Shown here in pieces: positions 62,113-64,000 of a DNA stretch of 64,000 bases; position 1 is the stretch's first letter; every line of letters begins with the position of its first letter. The notes under the pieces were generated by a model, which did not search any database, was not told where the DNA came from, and saw only the letters and a program-made list of their open reading frames with translations. The DNA comes from Parasitella parasitica NRRL 2501 (lineage: Eukaryota > Fungi > Mucoromycota): the NCBI GenBank assembly GCA_025201805.1, contig MU619286.1, positions 46,798-110,797 of the forward strand, written 5' to 3'. The position numbers were made by a program, and so were the translations under genes.

Positions 62113-63289
62113 GTCAATTAGCTTGTGCCTTTTTTTTTTCGAGTTATTTTGCCTGTAAATTGAAAAGAAAGGAAAAGGTGATAATGCTTTATCATATTTT
62201 TTCGCTGATCGTCTTCAAATTTTTTTTTCAGGTGTGCATTTTAGCTTTTCTAAAGTTGCACAGAATATAAACGCATATTGCAAACATGATATAAGCATAC
62301 AGAATGCAACTAAAGCTGCTTATCTGAGAAGATGTCTCTCTTTGAACATATCTGGAAGAAGGTCTTGCCAACTGGTTATTGAGGAGAAATCAGTCTCTCA
62401 ACCAAGATTCACTATGCAGATCTGGTGATTGATTTGGGAACAATTGGATGTTTATGGCGATCAGAGTGTATAGTAGCCTGAAAGATTATTTAAATTTGCA
62501 CGCAGGTAGTAACAGGATCAAAATAGTGAACATAGATCAAATCAATAGTATATCATTTACATATACTGCTATTGGTATCGTTAAAATATTATTACAGAGA
62601 GTGTCTTTTATTCTCTTCTTTTATATAAAGTAAAAAATAAATACACCTGCCACGCCTTATTATGATTACAAAAACTTACAAAATTTGTAGAATAAAAAGG
62701 GCGCCGCTATAACCTTGAGTACGTTAATGGCATTTACCCTGTTTTGAAGGCAGTGTGTAAATTAACTTGAACGGATGAAATGAACCATCTGAACCGTCTT
62801 ATTCATCCGATGCTTTCGCCCACCAGTCTAGAGAATTTAGCTCTCCACGCATCTAAAATCATTGTTACAAGTGAGCACACCAACTTATTATGGCTGCTTC
62901 TAGTGAGACCTCTATAAATAATCAAGCCCCAGGTTCCTTTTTTACTCCTTTTATTATGAAGATTAAATAAACTTGCTAAGATTTCCTTGATATCAAATAC
63001 CTCTAGGTTTAAAAATTACCTCCTTTGCTGAGGAGTAGATACAGTACCACTCTCATACTTAAATTTACTCAACATCTAAACATAACAGCAGATCAAATGC
63101 AAAATTCATTATTTAAATAATATGTAATTCATTTATTGGACTTATCTTATCAATGTGCCTGTTAACAGAACCGAACTGTTGACTAGGCAGACGCTCTGTC
63201 AACTGAGCCAAACAAAAAAAAAAGAGAAAGTTTTACTCCACTACAAATAACAAATTTTCTCAACCGCTGGCAATGCAATCATAGTTACA

Positions 63290-63697
63290 ATGATATTAAT
63301 TGTTGTTAATTCTTTTACAAACAAGGAATAAGCTAACAAGTCAAAATCGAACCTCTTGCAAGGTTCTAAGCCTATTCAAAGAATACATCAAGATCGGATC
63401 GCGGGATGTCGTTGGGAAGACATCCTACCCGCAATCTTCTCTTTAATGTAAAATAGAATAGGTCAGCCCTAGAAATGCTGTGATTTAATAATGTTTGACA
63501 CTTACTGTCAAACATCAGATGTTATGTGGATGAGCATTGATTGGGATATATTTTAGTATATAAAATAGAGATCATATCGTATGCCAACAAAAGTCTTTAG
63601 CTTTGTATTGTATCTGGTTTCATTCAGAGAAAGTCCTTATTACTTATTTCATATAACATTTACACAACATTTCGCTGCGCCCTTTGACACTGGCACA
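63290..63697 (-). repeat. ~400-bp dispersed repeat, copy B (inverted relative to 19926-20328)
   Basis: Reverse complement aligns block by block with copy A, including the ATGTTTGACA-N5-TGTCAAACAT hairpin at 63491-63515. Confidence 0.9.
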
Positions 63698-63773
63698 ACA
63701 AACGAGTCATTTAGAAACCAAGAGCTTAATAATTCTGGTTTCCTTATTCAATCAATAACAAGTATAGATTAGG

Positions 63774-63810
63774 TCGGCCCATTTGGGCCGATTCAGCCCA
63801 GTTGGGCCGA
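63774..63810. repeat. Tandem GC-rich hairpins (19-bp period, two copies)
   Basis: TCGGCCCA-TT-TGGGCCGA (perfect) followed by TCAGCCCAGTTGGGCCGA. Confidence 0.75.
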
Positions 63811-64000
63811 TGCTAAATGAAGATTTTTGAATGGATGAGGGTTTGATTTTTTACAATTACGCTCTACGCGTACAAAGTTTATTGCATACAAAGATATTTT
63901 TTAAATGATTCGAATTTGTTTTGTTTATAAACTTTCACTGCATTTACCTTCAAAGAAACTTCACTTTTTTCCAAAAATAGTAATTAAAATGCCTCCCGTT

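Noticed and set aside
1-64000. CRISPR arrays, rRNA or tRNA genes
   Set aside because: No regularly spaced repeat-spacer array or recognisable structural RNA gene seen by eye. A covariance-model scan would be needed to exclude small ncRNAs.

Overview
Eukaryotic, AT-rich fungal genomic DNA with short (~50-60 nt) introns. Gene content and intron style fit Mucorales (Mucoromycota); this is an inference and the species cannot be determined. About 22 protein-coding genes were reconstructed by hand-splicing. In order: SRPBCC protein, NOL1/NOP2/Sun m5C methyltransferase, GNAT, GPI-type surface protein, a divergent CarRP/CarRA-like cyclase-synthase, THO2, CWC22, the head-to-head RPL21/RPS9 pair, a Frizzled/Smoothened-like GPCR, a Reeler-like membrane protein, a 3xKH RNA-binding protein, MED16, SPT16, a BRCT protein, a Rco1-like 2xPHD protein, HMG-CoA reductase, a small hypothetical protein, RFC2, a ZNF511-like protein, an ArfGAP and an atypical homeodomain protein. 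Top leads: (1) a stand-alone CarRP-like paralog with an intact prenyl-synthase active site but both lycopene-cyclase PxEE motifs lost and no carB neighbour; (2) a heavily deleted Fanzor (eukaryotic TnpB-like RNA-guided nuclease) relic, absent from the ORF track, just upstream of MED16; (3) a class-F-like GPCR with an FZ/CRD domain next to a Reeler-like surface protein. Smaller leads include a ~400-bp inverted dispersed repeat with a conserved hairpin, an obligatory GC-AG intron in RFC2 with a competing stop-producing GT donor, and recurrent X-box and TACCGTA promoter motifs. All family calls come from recalled motifs, not database searches. There are two N gaps and several very long homopolymers that may be assembly artefacts.
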